Below are positions 1 to 13,460 of a stretch of DNA of 64,000 bases, in pieces. The position numbers and the translations under genes are program-made. Source of the stretch: Macrostomum lignano (taxonomy: Eukaryota); contig NIVC01001622.1 of the NCBI GenBank assembly GCA_002269645.1, positions 116,984 to 180,983 of the forward strand. The letters are read 5' to 3'. Below the pieces are notes generated by a model, which was given only the letters and a program-made list of their open reading frames with translations, searched no databases and was not told where the DNA came from. The first letter of the stretch is position 1; each line of letters opens with the position of its first letter.

Positions 1-1075
1 CCGCCACCCCGTCTGGGGCCTTCGCCTGTTTCGACTTTGTTAGCCTCTCGCACCCTTGCGAGCCTGTGTAGCTTGTATGCTCAGGCTGCCTTCACTTGGT
101 CACTTGCCTTCTCTCCGTCACGGTTCTAGCCACGCCTCTGCCACTACCAGCCACGCCACTTCTACTTAAGCAAATTACTTTATTGTTGTGTAGCCGCGCA
201 TTGTTATTCAAAGTACAAGACGTAACAATAAATTAAGTCTGCAGCCAGCGTTCGTATTAACGCTAATCCAAATTACTGCCAAGTGCTACCGCTACAATTC
301 CCCCTTTGCCACACTCATTTGTCTTCGCTCGTTCGCGAGGCCGCCACGCTAATATCGTCACAGAGTCTTCTCGAGTCACTTCTTTCTTATTTCACCTGTG
401 TTACTTGCAACGACTCTGAGGCGACGGAGAAGACTTTGGGTTGGGATGCTTCTTGGCCTAGGTAACGTTTTCATCGGGTGACGGGTAATCTTGACAACAT
501 AAAATAGTATGCATTTAAACCACGATTCTGAAGCAAACAATTCAGTTGGCCAGTTTTGGCATAGGCCTTGGTATAACAGCTTTGCTACTTTCAGTTCAGT
601 AGCAAGGAAGAATGTTAGCTATTTTTTTAAGAAAAGAAAGGCGTTGGACTTAAGGTCATAAACAACTTTTTTATCGGTACAGCCTTACTAATGTACATTT
701 AGCCAGCGCCGATAAAAATGTACATTGTAGCTTTTAGGCTAGATAGCGCAAAGGAGGACAGTAAAAACTGGGCGGAGAGAGGGAGGGGGTGGCTTTTCCT
801 GGAAGGACGCTGTCGGTTGGCCGTTAGGTTAGTAGAATAGTAACATTGAATTAAAATTACTTCTACTAAAAATTCTACTTATTATATTTAACTGAATCTG
901 CTGCTTGGCCTAACTAGACATTATAGCTATCTAGTGTTTGTCTATTTTTGTAATATTAACAACTAAACGACTAAGCTAGTAGTTAATCAGAGATGAAGCA
1001 TTCTCTTTGTATTACGATACCTACTGAACCATTGTAACAAAGGGCACCAGGGTTTTTGTTTGTTTAACTACGGCC

Positions 1076-1473
1076 CAGGGATCAGCAAACTTTTTAACCT
1101 CAAAGGCCAGATGGAGAACCTAGAGAATGACTGCGCGCCGGAGGAGGGGAGAGAGGAGAGGGAATAATAAAGCGATAATGGAGATAAGAGGAGAGGCGAG
1201 AGAATAAAGGAGAAGAGAGGATGAGAGAGAAGAGGGGAGATACGAGAGGAGAGGAGAGGGAAGAGAAGAGAGAAGAGAAGACAGAAGAGGAGAGGAAAGG
1301 AGAGAGGAGAGGAGAGGAGTGAAGAGGAGAGTAGAGATATAAGAGATATAAGAGAAGAGATATAAACATTGAGCGGACCGGATTCCTATTGTGAACTTTC
1401 AAAGGATCCAAAGGGCCGGATGGAGCCCTTGCGGGCTGCATGTAGCCCTCGGGCTGGAGTTTTCCCAACCATG
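1076..1473 (+). mobile_element. hAT/Charlie-like MITE with GA-rich core (copy 1 of 4)
   Basis: Starts cagggatcagcaaact...aaaggccagat and ends tttcaaaggatccaaagggccgg...gggctggagttttcccaaccatg. The same end blocks flank the GA-rich tracts at 17705, 28101 and 62907. No clean TSD. Confidence 0.65.
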
Positions 1474-1653
1474 AACTACGCGAACAGCCTATTATTTAGG
1501 CCCTTAGTGATAACTAAGGCTAGTATAAACATCAAGGATGACACATGTGTGGTATGATAAGAAACAGTTAATGAAAGGCTAAACGATTCCGAATGCATTA
1601 AAAAGGCAAAATGGATATTCATGCAAAGCTAAAAAAACAGTTGAAAATCTTAC

Positions 1654-2281
1654 CTGAGGAGCCCTTAGAGATTGCTTCTCCGTGCAAATTGCGCTTGATG
1701 ACGAAGCGATAGGCGCTGCTGGTGCTACCGAAGCACTTGCCGCCCGAAACGGACACCGAGCTGTCGAATTCTTGCTCGTTGTAGCCTTCGGAGGCTTCCG
1801 TCGAATACCGGTCGATGCAGCGACCTTCGACGACTCGCTCGTCTACAAACTCGACCTCGCCTTCGCCTTCGCCTTCGGGTAGTAGTACCTCGTACTTTTG
1901 CCCGAACGTCTCGTCGACGGAGTTTGACGAAGTTGACTCGTCCTCGTCTAGGAGTGGGCACGCCTCGGCCACCGTCGCCTCGACTGTAATCGACGTTCTC
2001 ACCGGCTTGTCACTTGTTGCCGATTCGACAGTCTCAGTCCTGGTCTCAGCCAATTCCTGCTGGCTCTCCTCGCCCTTCTCAGTGACTACCATGGTCACGT
2101 CATCGGACAGAATGCGCTCGTGGATTACAACTCCGCTTTGTCCGATTGTTTCAGCCGACTTCTGCTCCTGCCAGATCGCCTTCGATTGGCTCTCCGACTG
2201 CTGCTTCGGCTGCTGCTCTTGACGTCTTTGCTTCTGCTGCGACAGCTTCTGCTGTCGCGTCTCTCTCTGCCTATCAGCCAT
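1654..2281 (-). CDS. First coding exon of an unidentified gene (Q/R-rich then acidic, probably disordered N-terminus); downstream exons not resolved
   Basis: ATG at 2281, open GC-rich frame (MADRQRETRQQKLSQQ...RFVIKRNLHGEAISKGSSG), consensus donor CAG|GTAAG at 1654/1653. No recognisable domain. Confidence 0.6.
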
Positions 2282-3244
2282 TCCGCGTTCCTGCCAAAGA
2301 GTTCGGTGCTGACAAAAGCTTTGGCACCGATTTGGTCAGGAAAATGAAGGGAGGGTTGAAAAACAGCTAAAAAACTGTGCCTCGAAAGTTCGACAATTTT
2401 TTTTCACTAGTATCGCTCGATGCAACTCTGCGTCGTCTGCTGTCTCTGTTTAAATAGAGCTCGCCGCGCGCCAGCAATCTCAACTCCCCTCCCCACCTGC
2501 GGCAAACTCGTGTATTGTTGGTTTTCGAGATGGCGCGATTTGTTAGCTCTGGGCGCAAACTCTAAAAAGCAGACGTCACCAAGCCCTTATTGTCCATCCA
2601 GTGGCTTATAGAAAACATACCGCGGGCGAGGGGGGGGGAAGGCTAAAGAGAGTGGGCCATTGTCTGAGCAAACTAACTATTTCGCAATCTTAGAGTTCGC
2701 TCCTGCAAAAATGGACTTTGCTTTGAATAGAGATTTGCCACTAAAATGGGACTTACTCGTAAATGCAGGGCAGGGGCTAGCGAACCAAAAAGTGGCAGTT
2801 TTAGGGTCTGTATTACATCAGTTCGGCAGAGAACTGGTTAACTGGTTTAGACTAGTTTGCGTTTTTGTGTCAGACCAGTTGGATGTTCTTCAGGTACATT
2901 TCTGGTGTTTTTCCGCTTCATTTGCCTGCTGCGAAATGGCCCCCAGGCAAGGTGGCCCTGTTTTTGGCATTCTGCCCCTGAAGCAAAATGCATCTCTGCA
3001 CCTGTGCTCACTGAAGTAGAACCGAGATAAAAAGCTAGGATTGGAGTTTTAAATGGGGGACGATGCAAGGAGAGTTAAACAGTGATTGTGGGGCATTGTG
3101 TTAGCATTGGAGCTTTACGTCCCCACGCACTTTCCGCTGACGCAGATGGGGAAACATTTTCACTTCACGTGACACTTTTTATTACCTTAACAAAGATCTT
3201 TTAGGTTTTTGTAAATGTTTCTCACATCTTTCTGACCAAATCAC

Positions 3245-3869
3245 CTGACTGACTGACTGACTGACTGACTGACTGACTGACTGACTGACTGACTGACTGA
3301 CTGACTGACTGACTGACTGACTGACTGACTGACTGACTGACTGACTGACTGACTGACTGACTGACTGACTGACTGACTGACTGACTGACTGACTGACTGA
3401 CTGACTGACTGACTGACTGACTGACTGACTGACTGACTGACTGACTGACTGACTGACTGACTGACTGACTGACTGACTGACTGACTGACTGACTGACTGA
3501 CTGACTGACTGACTGACTGACTGACTGACTGACTGACTGACTGACTGACTGACTGACTGACTGACTGACTGACTGACTGACTGACTGACTGACTGACTGA
3601 CTGACTGACTGACTGACTGACTGACTGACTGACTGACTGACTGACTGACTGACTGACTGACTGACTGACTGACTGACTGACTGACTGACTGACTGACTGA
3701 CTGACTGACTGACTGACTGACTGACTGACTGACTGACTGACTGACTGACTGACTGACTGACTGACTGACTGACTGACTGACTGACTGACTGACTGACTGA
3801 CTGACTGACTGACTGACTGACTGACTGACTGACTGACTGACTGACTGACTGACTGACTGACTGACTGAC
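3245..3869. repeat. (GACT)n microsatellite, ~155 units
   Basis: Perfect tetranucleotide run; explains the SVSQ ORF 3222..3932. Confidence 0.98.
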
Positions 3870-6419
3870 GGCGCTGGGCAATGAGGTAGATCTCAAATGG
3901 ATCCCGGTTTCCTCGGCTGACCTGCTGGCCAAGTCTGGCTCTTCCGGGACGCTTTTGAGGCCGGACCTAGTAGCTCCATCCCCGTCTCGGTGATCAACTC
4001 GGTGAGCAAAAATTTATGTCAAAGCTGCTGATGCCAGCTTTGTGCAACTGCTCAGCACACTGGTTGATGGCCATGACTTTGGATTAAAAAACCGAGACAT
4101 TCTCACCGACATGAAGGCTCTCTTGCAGGATGGCCCCACCCTTGTGGAAAACGGCAATGCGGGATTGTCTGGAAGTGAGAATTCATGGTAATGGCCATAG
4201 ACACGAGCCGCTCCAGCTAATTCCAGCGGTTTTCTCAATTCCAGCTAACTTCATTGGTCTATTTGTCCATCAGGATCCGAGTGGTAATGGGGAATGGGGC
4301 TGTTGGGGGCGAAAACCCCTCTAACAACCATAGACTATTTTATTTTGCGCTCATAGATTTACGTTCGTTTTCTAAAATTATATCCCGGTAAGTTTACTTT
4401 ATTGTCAATTTCAAACAATGACCGGTCATTGCTTGAATGTCATTGCCTTAACATAAATTACCATAGACTTTTTTAATAATGCCTGCGCCAGCCAGGGCGT
4501 CGCACAGGGATCCGTCAGTGAAGCAGTGAATGCCGCGACTTCTCCGGCATTGGTGCCCACGTCTGGTGGGTGGTTCCAGAGTAGCTCGTACATTTGAAGC
4601 CCTTCCTGAGAATTAGTGAGGGGGGGTTAAAGTTTACCACGTTTAAATTGAGGTGGATGTGTTGAACGTCGCGACGGATATAATCCAGGTGTGGAATGAG
4701 TGTCTTCTCAGGCGTGAAGCCCGAGGGGAAATTAGTAATGAACTTGTCACAAATTAGACACTTCTGATGCGAACCCAGTAGCTCCATACCCGTCTCGGTG
4801 ATCAACTCCCGCTTCAGGGTTAACCCCGAGTATCTTCGCAGATGGCACAATTCACCTGGAATTACAGACAATCGCGTGTCCCTCTCCCCTCTTGCGATTT
4901 CTGAGTTCTTCCCCACAGTTGGCGACGAGGGCCGCGCTGCAGGCAAGACCCACGGGTGTGCCCGAGAAACATTACTTTGGTCGCCAGGGGTTTGCGAACC
5001 GGGCAGTTCCCTCCTCCTCCTCGCTGCATCCGCCACGATCGGTGCCCCCTGCAGATAAGTTAAGTAAGTCAAGACAGCCTGTCTGTGGTCAACACACAGA
5101 AGACCATCGTGCTCTGCGAGCCAGACGACATCAAGGCCGACACTTTCTGGTTCCCGACGTTCGCGAAGAGCTGGCCTGCCTGAGCTGCTTATCGTTCCGT
5201 AAAGGCAGTCCCGCAGTCCGAGGCAGTACCCAACTGCCAGAGGGCGGCGTTGTGATCCAGGCTTTTATGTGCCCTGCATCTGCGCATAGAAGGTCATCTA
5301 GTTGAAGCAACTTTGGTAAAAGCGATATCTGCATGGCTACATCAGCAGAGTTCACGACAGAATAAAATTTCAAGGCATAGCGCCACAGGGTTCCCGCCCT
5401 GCAATTATTATTATCAAGCATGCCAGTCTTGCATCTCGACTCGGATGAACTTTCATCACTTTGACGATATTAACTGGTTTGACCAGATTCGGTTTGGTCT
5501 TCAATGATGCGTAACCCGCCGCAATGAAAATTCAACCTACTTTCGTAGCTTTTCTACCCCCAGCTAACCTGGCGCTCGACCAACTTTTAAAAATAACAAA
5601 CAAGACGGTTTTCTTTCGTCAGAAAGGACAGCAAGTTATAATGTAGTTGAGCTGTGCAAAGCACTGAGATGGTTTTATAGCCTATACTGAGTGCAGTGCA
5701 ATTCAAGCAATAGCCTGGGGGCATTTCAGCGTCTTTTTTAGCCTACACGAATCTCTCGAGGCTTTTAGAAGAAAATACACTCGTCGAGCGGTTTAAATGC
5801 ATATACGAGCGTAGAGTGGGCAAGGCGTATCGCCGAATGAAGCCAGCTCCATTGTATTCCTACGGGCATCGGCTATTCAATTGTATGCGGCATACAAACA
5901 GCGACTATAGCTCTATAGCTCGCGTCAGGTGGATTTACTGTAGCCTATAGTCTAAATGGACCATCTTAGCGAATTGCTTTTGGGACTTGATTGTTCAAGA
6001 CTTTGGTGCGTAAAAGAAATGCGGCTGACAATAATAACATAACCCTTCTCGCTCGACAGAGGCAGATGCAAAGCCTAATAGTGGGAGTACATAGCCATGG
6101 CTAGTTTTTGTGTTTTGCAGGCTCTTATGCGTCCTAAAGCGTTTATTGTCCAAAATTTTACTACCCACACTGCTTGGTTTTGCGCACTGCCACTTTAAAA
6201 AATAAGCTTAAAACTGGTAGCAATGATACTGAAATGTGTAGGATTGGTTGTTATTCTACATTTTACCTAGCCTCTAAAACAAATATTCACATAAGCATTT
6301 TCAGCAGCCATTATTCACAATAAGTTTTTTGATTAGAAAAACAATATAACTTTTGCATTCCAGATTGAGTGTCTAAGCAATTAAATTGTTAATTCTCTCT
6401 GGAGCGTGCATGGTTTATG

Positions 6420-7740
6420 TGATATGTCTATGGCTACTCCTCTAACCGGATCATGCAGAATTGGTTATGTCTATGGCCAATTCTCGCCGTAGCGTGCAGG
6501 ATTGGTTACGTCTATGGCTAATCCTCTACCCAGAGAGTGCAGAATCGATAATGTCTATGGCTAATTCTTACCGTAGGGTGTAGAGTTGGTTATGTCTATC
6601 GCTGATTCTCCCCGTAGCGTGCTGAGTTGGTTATGTCTATGGCTAATCCTCTACCCGTAGCGTGCAGGATTGGTTACGTCTATGGCTAATCCTCTACCCG
6701 GAGCGTGCAGGATTGGTTACGTCTATGGCTAATCCTCTACCCGGAGCGGACATGATCGGTTACGTCTACGGCTAATCCTCTACCTGGATAATGCAGAATT
6801 GGTTGTCTATGGCTAATTCTCTACCCAGAGAGTGCAGAATCGATAATGTCTATGGATCGGATGGCTAATCCTCTACCCGTAGCGTGTAGAATTGGTTGCC
6901 TATGATTAATCTTCCATCCGTAGCGTGTAGAATTGGTTGCCTATGATTAATCTTCCATCCGTAGCGTGTAGAATTGGTTGCCTATGATTAATCTTCCATC
7001 CGTAGCGTGTAGAATTGGTTGCCTATGATTAATCTTCCATCCGTAGCGTGTAGAATTGGTTGCCTATGATTAATCTTCCATCAGTAGCGTGTAGAATTGG
7101 TTGCCTATGATTAATCTTCCATCCGTAGCGTGTAGAATTGGTTGCCTATGATTAATCTTCCATCCGTAGCGTGTAGAATTGGTTGCCTATGATTAATCTT
7201 CCATCCGTAGCGTGTAGAATTGGTTGCCTATGATTAATCTTCCATCCGTAGCGTGTAGAATTGGTTGCCTATGATTAATCTTCCATCCGTAGCGTGTAGA
7301 ATTGGTTGCCTATGATTAATCTTCCATCCGTAGCGTGTAGAATTGGTTGCCTATGATTAATCTTCCATCCGTAGCGTGTAGAATTGGTTGCCTATGATTA
7401 ATCTTCCATCCGTAGCGTGTAGAATTGGTTGCCTATGATTAATCTTCCATCCGTAGCGTGTAGAATTGGTTGCCTATGATTAATCTTCCATCCGTAGCGT
7501 GTAGAATTGGTTGCCTATGATTAATCTTCCATCCGTAGCGTGTAGAATTGGTTGCCTATGATTAATCTTCCATCCGTAGCGTGTAGAATTGGTTGCCTAT
7601 GATTAATCTTCCATCCGTAGCGTGTAGAATTGGTTGCCTATGATTAATTTTGATTAATCTTCCATCCGTAGCGTGTAGAATTGGTTGCCTATGACTAATG
7701 TCCACCCGTAGCGTGTAGAATTGGTTATGCTGATTCTACC
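6420..7740. repeat. 41-bp minisatellite (tatgattaatcttccatccgtagcgtgtagaattggttgcc)
   Basis: About 20 near-identical units at 6880-7730, preceded by diverged units containing gtctatgg at 6420-6880. Confidence 0.95.
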
Positions 7741-8828
7741 CGGAGTCTGCAGGATTATTTTTAGAGAGTTGCCACCATAAATATTGACCAATGACCAGTG
7801 TCGTTAATTACGAATATAAGAACCAAGAAACAGGTTAACAGTTAAGGAAACATATTTAAGATTTAACAAACTCATAAAGCCACCACATGCTGAAATAGGT
7901 AGCCAACACTGCACACGGCAGAGTACAAATATAACAAGAGCATATATTTTTCTTATCGAAGTAACAGATCTGATCGGGAAGTGCACTCAGACACGCTTAA
8001 GTTGCTAGAAAGAAAAGTACATTGCTTCGCGACTTGTTTTGGCGATATTAAAAATAACTACCTTACGATCCATCACACACTGGTTTAAATAAACGAGCCT
8101 AAAATTTGTCTTACATTACATTTTTTTCTCTTGACGAGCATAAAAATGTAATTAAAATTAGAACAAGATTACTTAAGAGTAGTTAACTGAGTTTTCAGGG
8201 CCTAAAACAACTCTTACCTTAAACCTTGCAATTTCAAGAACAAATTAAAAAGATATATTTTACCATAGCAGAAAAATAGGAAGTTTTACTCTGAAATGCC
8301 CAACTCATACATTAGTAATAAGTTTATAAGACTCAAAGAAATTAATAATCATAGCGGCACCCAAAACTTTTTACTCAGCAATATTTTGTTATAAATTTGC
8401 AATGCGAAGTTTTGACTAATAGTTCGTTTGTTTGCTTAAAAAATTATTTACTTAACAAGCAAGCAATAGTACAATTAACTAAAGTAAAAGCCAGCAAAAT
8501 TTCTTATATAAGTAACCTTTGTTAAAGTCTGGGACGAAAATTGTCCCTTGAATAGTCTGGACAGTCTTGACAGGCTTAAAAGGGAAGAAAAAACATACTA
8601 ATGGCAACATAATAATAGCACAAATACCAGCATAACTGAATACGCCACGCGCAATTAAAGATGTGAAAAAAGCAGCGCGTTTACTTTTTTTAGTAGTTTG
8701 TTTGCGCAGTGTCACTTAAATTTAATCTGGCAGCTAAAATTTCCTTTCCTTCTTCTGGGGTTTGTGACCTCAGGAGAATATGAGATTAAGAACGACAAGC
8801 ATATAACTTGATGTGCACAAGTGAACGC

Positions 8829-9430
8829 CTAGGGGGCAGGCCCAATCTAGCTCAGCCAATGAGAGAGCAGTAAGGAGAGAGGCCAAAGTCAGACGGACGA
8901 AACTCAGCCTGGGGGCAGGCCCAATCTAGCTCAGCCAATGAGAGAGCAGTAAGGAGAGAGTTCAAAGTCAGACGGACGAAACTCAGCCTAGGGGGCAGGC
9001 CCAATCTAGCTCAGCCAATGAGAGAGCAGTAAGGAGAGAGGCCAAAGTCAGACGGACGAAACTCAGCCTGGGGGCAGGCCCAATCTAGCTCAGCCAATGA
9101 GAGAGCAGTAAGGAGAGAGTTCAAAGTCAGACGGACGAAACTCAGCCTAGGGGGCAGGCCCAATCTAGCTCAGCCAATGAGAGAGCAGTAAGGAGAGAGG
9201 CCAAAGTCAGACGGACGAAACTCAGCCTAGGGGGCAGGCCCAATCTAGCTCAGCCAATGAGAGAGCAGTAAGGAGAGAGGCCAAAGTCAGACGGACGAAA
9301 CTCAGCCTGGGGGCAGGCCCAATCTAGCTCAGTCAATGAGAGAGCAGTAAGGAGAGAGACCAAAGTCAGACGGACGAAACTCAGCCTGGGGGACAGGCCT
9401 AATCTGGCTCAGCCTATGGGAGAGCAGTGA
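8829..9430. repeat. 79/80-bp tandem repeat, ~7 copies
   Basis: gggggcaggcccaatctagctcagccaatgagagagcag...aaactcagcct recurs at 8911, 8991 and onwards. Confidence 0.95.
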
Positions 9431-9769
9431 GGATAGAAGTCGACACCAGCGCGGGCAGAGCCAGGAAAGCCAGAGGCGATTGGTGCAGATTCAACGGGTG
9501 ACAAATCCAGCTATCCTAGTATCTGTGAATAATACTTAACATTGTTATCATTAATATTATTGTTATTAGCAGGCGAGCTTGAAAATCAGCTCTGCGACTT
9601 CTTTGCTTCATAAATAAAACCTTGGCTCTACATTTGCTTGTTAGCCACAGTGACTTGCAGCATTAGTTCAGCAAAAGGGATGCATACTGATAAATGGAAT
9701 GCGGACACAGGGATTACTCGCGCATCCGTAGCAGCGGGGAAAGGGGTGCCGTAGATCCTTCTATCCGCG

Positions 9770-10084
9770 TCAGTCCTCTTCCATTCTGTGCGAGGAAGCT
9801 CCGCTGCCGCCGCCACCGCTGCCAGACCCGTCACCGCCGCTTCGGTCGCGACTTCGCGACGCAGTTGACCCGGCGGTGCCGCCGGACGGCAACACTGAAG
9901 CGGCGGCAATTCTGCGGCGTAGATTCCGACGCGGCGGCGGCGGCGTCTGCACAGCGACGGATGATCGACGCGTGCTGGCGCCGCTGACAGTAGCGGCAGC
10001 GGCCGGGGCGCGCCGGTCGGCAAACGACTGTGTGGAGGTGTCCTCACCGGAGAGGCGCTTGCGGCACACTGGACAGGTGCCGTG
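9770..10084 (-). CDS. RNF115/RNF126: RNF115/RNF126-like RING-H2 E3 ligase, exon 4 (last)
   Basis: Acceptor tgtag| at 10085, then HGTCPVCRKRL, which completes the RING begun in exon 3. TGA at 9770-9772. Confidence 0.88.
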   Translation of the reverse strand, partial: HGTCPVCRKRLSGEDTSTQSFADRRAPAAAATVSGASTRRSSVAVQTPPPPRRNLRRRIAAASVLPSGGTAGSTASRSRDRSGGDGSGSGGGGSGASSHRMEED

Positions 10085-10387
10085 CTACAGAGTTGAGAAT
10101 CGGATTTCAAATAAAAGCAAAAATTCGCCAACTTTATACTACTACTGTTGCTGCTGTGTGCAGTAGTATTTTAGAGAAAGATAATCTAAATTTACTTGAA
10201 AAGCAACTTTGTTTTAATTGATTATTTCGAAGACTTGCTTGTCGAAATTAAGGATAATTAAAGAATTAAACCATGGTTTTGTTTATTCGCAACCTATGGC
10301 CATCATTTTATCGCTCGATAATTTCTCCTTGCAGACAAATAATCAAGCAGACAAGCTATAAGTGGCTATAAATCAATTTAAGCAAAC

Positions 10388-10976
10388 CTTCTCCAGCCAT
10401 GGCCGAATACAGTTGTGATGAAAGCAGTGCTGGCAGGGCAGCTGGTCAACATAGCAGCCTAGTAAAAATTCGTCGAAGCACACGGAGCACTGCAGCTTGT
10501 CCGACTGCTGCTGTTCAGTGACGGCCACTGACTGGATTCGGCGCATATCGTCAGGCGTAGCCGGAGGCGGCCCGCCGCCATCGAGCTGGTTCATCAGCTG
10601 CGTGACCACATTGTCCAGACTTTCAACGCCTAGTGCGTAATTGTCTAAATCGCCAACAATGCCAAACACCTGCTGGAACAGGCTCTGGATGAGCTGGTCC
10701 AACTCGCCCTGCCCAACTACACTGGCGCTTGCACCGCCCGAAGCACCGCCGCCGGTCGCTCCGCCGCCAGATCGGCTTAGTCGCAGTCTGTACACCTCGC
10801 TGCCGGCGCCAGCTGACGAGCTGGAAGCTCCGGCGGCACCGCTGTCAGAAACTTCGGTGCCCGCGCGGTCAGACGAGGCGCTAGAGAATAGTGAATAAGC
10901 GTAGGGATGATGACGCTGGTGATGATGCCGACCGCTCGAGGAGCCCGACGACTGGTCGAATACTAACGACGGGAAA
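10388..10976 (-). CDS. RNF115/RNF126: RNF115/RNF126-like RING-H2 E3 ligase, exon 3
   Basis: Encodes GDLDNYALGVESLDNVVTQLMNQLDGGGPPPA (the family DYAWG...LD.IITQL...GPPPA motif) and CSVCFDEF...LPCQHCFHHNCIRPWLEK. Acceptor ttgcttcag| (phase 2), donor AAG|gtttg (phase 0). Confidence 0.9.
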
Positions 10977-12137
10977 CTGAAGCAAATGGTATCACGGCAC
11001 AGAATGCTGAATCCCGAATTTTAAGAAAGTTTATTGCACAAGAATTACATTCTATCCTAGTAGCTACTCTCATTGTGAAGAAAAGAATCAAGTTAGAGCA
11101 GAATGGAACTTTGCAAACTATATCTTTCAAACTTTTGATTGGCGCTTAAACGCCAGGGTTATGACACTCAGCAGCCAAATGCTAACTAGCTCTGTACGCG
11201 TGCAGGGAGGAAGACCGAACACCTATACTAGCGCATATGCTTTGGGCCATAGACAAACCGAATGGTAAGTATGCATTTTACAGTCATGGTCTCAAATCCA
11301 GGTTTCTAAGTTGATTTCCAAGTTTTTTTTCATGTTTTTGGAGAGGGGGAGCTATCTCAGGTTTTTTGAGGCCACGGACACCCTGTAGAGTATCAGCGAG
11401 TATACAGGTAACTTGCTGGGTAGACTAACAACTTCTGCCTCAACTAATCTCATCCCAATACCCAAATCAATGGAGTCACATACTTTCATTCTATCATTTT
11501 CACAAAGTTATATGTCATCATGACGCATCAACTAATTTTGGCATCCTGTCCTGAATTCGAACCTCTGATCGGATACCAAGTTGGCATCCTGTTTTTTTTA
11601 ACCTGGATGCATTTAAATGAGTTCCATATTTTCTATAACTCATTTTGTTTAAAATACCTATACTGAAATAATTACTGGGATTTAAAGACTTCTATTAACT
11701 GTTAAATTTGAGTAATCTGTAGGTGATAGACTCGGCAGTGTAAAATATATTGCAGATATGTTGAGGTTTTCAATTTGGCTGAATTTCCTGAATTTGATGG
11801 ACCTAGGACGTCGAAATGGCACTGCGATTCTAGAGGCAACTTCAACGTACATACAGAGTGCTTTTTTATAAATTTGGTTGAAAACTCATAGGTCTTAACA
11901 TGACGCTTTAATATCACTGGGGGGGGGGGGGTACTGGACTCCGCAATAATCTCCATATCAAAAAGCAGCTGCCCCTTTGCCCTCCGACTCTGTCACGCGG
12001 TGTCTGACACCACGGAATTACTAATAGTAGTGCTTCCTGACTCAGTCGTAATAAAATGTAAAAAAGATGATTTTTCCAATGATAATATCTAACTTGATGC
12101 CTTCTATGGCATCATGAAAAGAGACAGTGATACTTAC

Positions 12138-12193
12138 TGCTGTTCATTTAGCTCCTCCAGGAAGTCTGACCTGCAGTCTCTGCACACGAGGCC
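12138..12193 (-). CDS. RNF115/RNF126: RNF115/RNF126-like, exon 2 (second half of N-terminal zinc ribbon)
   Basis: ttttag|GLVCRDCRSDFLEELNEQ-ca|gtaagt matches the family CPxCxSGFIEEL pattern. Phases 0 and 2 fit both neighbouring exons. Not on the ORF track. Confidence 0.85.
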
Positions 12194-12393
12194 CTAAAAA
12201 TTGGCGATCCAAGTGAAATATCAATTTAAGTATGAGCCTACATTTAAAAACAAAAAACATAAACTAACTGGAATGCACTTTTAAATACAACAGAAAATTT
12301 CATATTAGCTTTCTTAAATTCTACTTAATGTGTACATATTTTATCATAGCATATAATTGCTAATTGCATTGTTTTTTTACTCAAAGCAAAATA

Positions 12394-13460
12394 TTATTGC
12401 TGAGATGCAAAGGCTCATTGGGGCGATTGCTGAGATGCCAAGGCTTATGGAGGGATTGCTGGGAACTGAGATGTCAAGGCTCATGGGGGAATTGCTGAGA
12501 TGCCAAGGCTTATGGAGGGATTGCTGGGATGTCAAGGCTCATCGGGGAATTGCTGAGATGCCAAGGCTTATGGAGGGATTGCTGGGATGTCAAGGCTCAT
12601 GGGGGAATTGCTGAGATGCCAAGGCTGATGGGGGGATTGCTGGGATGTCAAGGCTCATCGGGGAATTGCTGAGATGCCAAGGCTTATGGAGGGATTGCTG
12701 GGATGTCAAGGCTCATCGGGGAATTGCTGAGATGCCAAGGCTGATGGGGGGATTGCTGGGATGTCAAGGCTCATCGGGGAATTGCTGAGATGCCAAGGCT
12801 TATGGAGGGATTGCTGGGATGTCAAGGCTCATGGGGGAATTGCTGAGATGCCAAGGCTTATGGAGGGATTGCTGGGATGTCAAGGCTTATGGAGGGATTG
12901 CTGGGATGTCAAGGCTTATGGAGGGATTGCTGGGATGTCAAGGCTCATGGAGAATTTCTGAGATGACAAGGCTCATGGGGACGGGTTTTCTGAGATGCCA
13001 AGGCTCATGGGGGAATTGCTGGGATGTCAAGGCTTATGGGGGAATTGCTGAGATGCCAAGGCTTATGGAGGGATTGCTGGGATGTCAAGGCTCATGGGGG
13101 AATTGCTGAGATGCCAAGGCTTATGGATGGATTGCTGGGATGTCAAGGCTCATGGGGGAATTGCTGAGATGCCAAGGCTTATGGAGGGATTGCTGGGATG
13201 TCAAGGCTTATGGAGGGATTGCTGGGATGTCAAGGCTTATGGAGGGATTGCTGGGATGTCAAGGCTCAATGGAGAATTTCTGAGATGCCAAGGCTCATGG
13301 GGGAATTGCTGGGATGTCAAGGCTCATGGGGGAAATTGCTGAGATATTAGAATCTTGGGGGAATTGCTGAGATATTAGACTCATGGGGGAATTGCTAAGA
13401 TATGACTTATGGGTAGATTCACTAAACTGCTATGGCTCAGGGGGATTGCTTAGATGCCAA
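12394..13460. repeat. 29-bp minisatellite with two alternating subtypes (58-bp higher-order unit), in RNF intron 1
   Basis: atgccaaggcttatggagggattgctggg alternates with atgtcaaggctcatgggggaattgctgag. Explains ORFs 12357-13342. Confidence 0.95.

Noticed and set aside
404-460. Downstream exon of the 1654-2281 gene (AKKHPNPKSSPSPQSRC)
   Set aside because: AG/GT boundaries exist, but I could not confirm phase or protein plausibility.
3222-3932. 236-aa SVSQ ORF (also the SIYL ORF at 41977-42540)
   Set aside because: Translation of tetranucleotide microsatellites lacking stops in one frame.
5600-6050. hAT transposase remnant (AFQRLFSLHESLEAF); similarly LHPRYK at ~62700
   Set aside because: Resemblance is limited to a few residues amid many stops and is not supportable without a search.
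11702-12000. Extra RNF exon (HRVTESEGKGAAAFDMEIIAES)
   Set aside because: No donor gives the phase needed to join exon 3; exons 2 and 3 already join in phase.
12357-13342. Repetitive ORFs in the 29-bp array (also 34532-34922, 45440-45904, 46169-47059, 49175-49740)
   Set aside because: Minisatellite translations with frame-shifting unit lengths, all intronic or intergenic.
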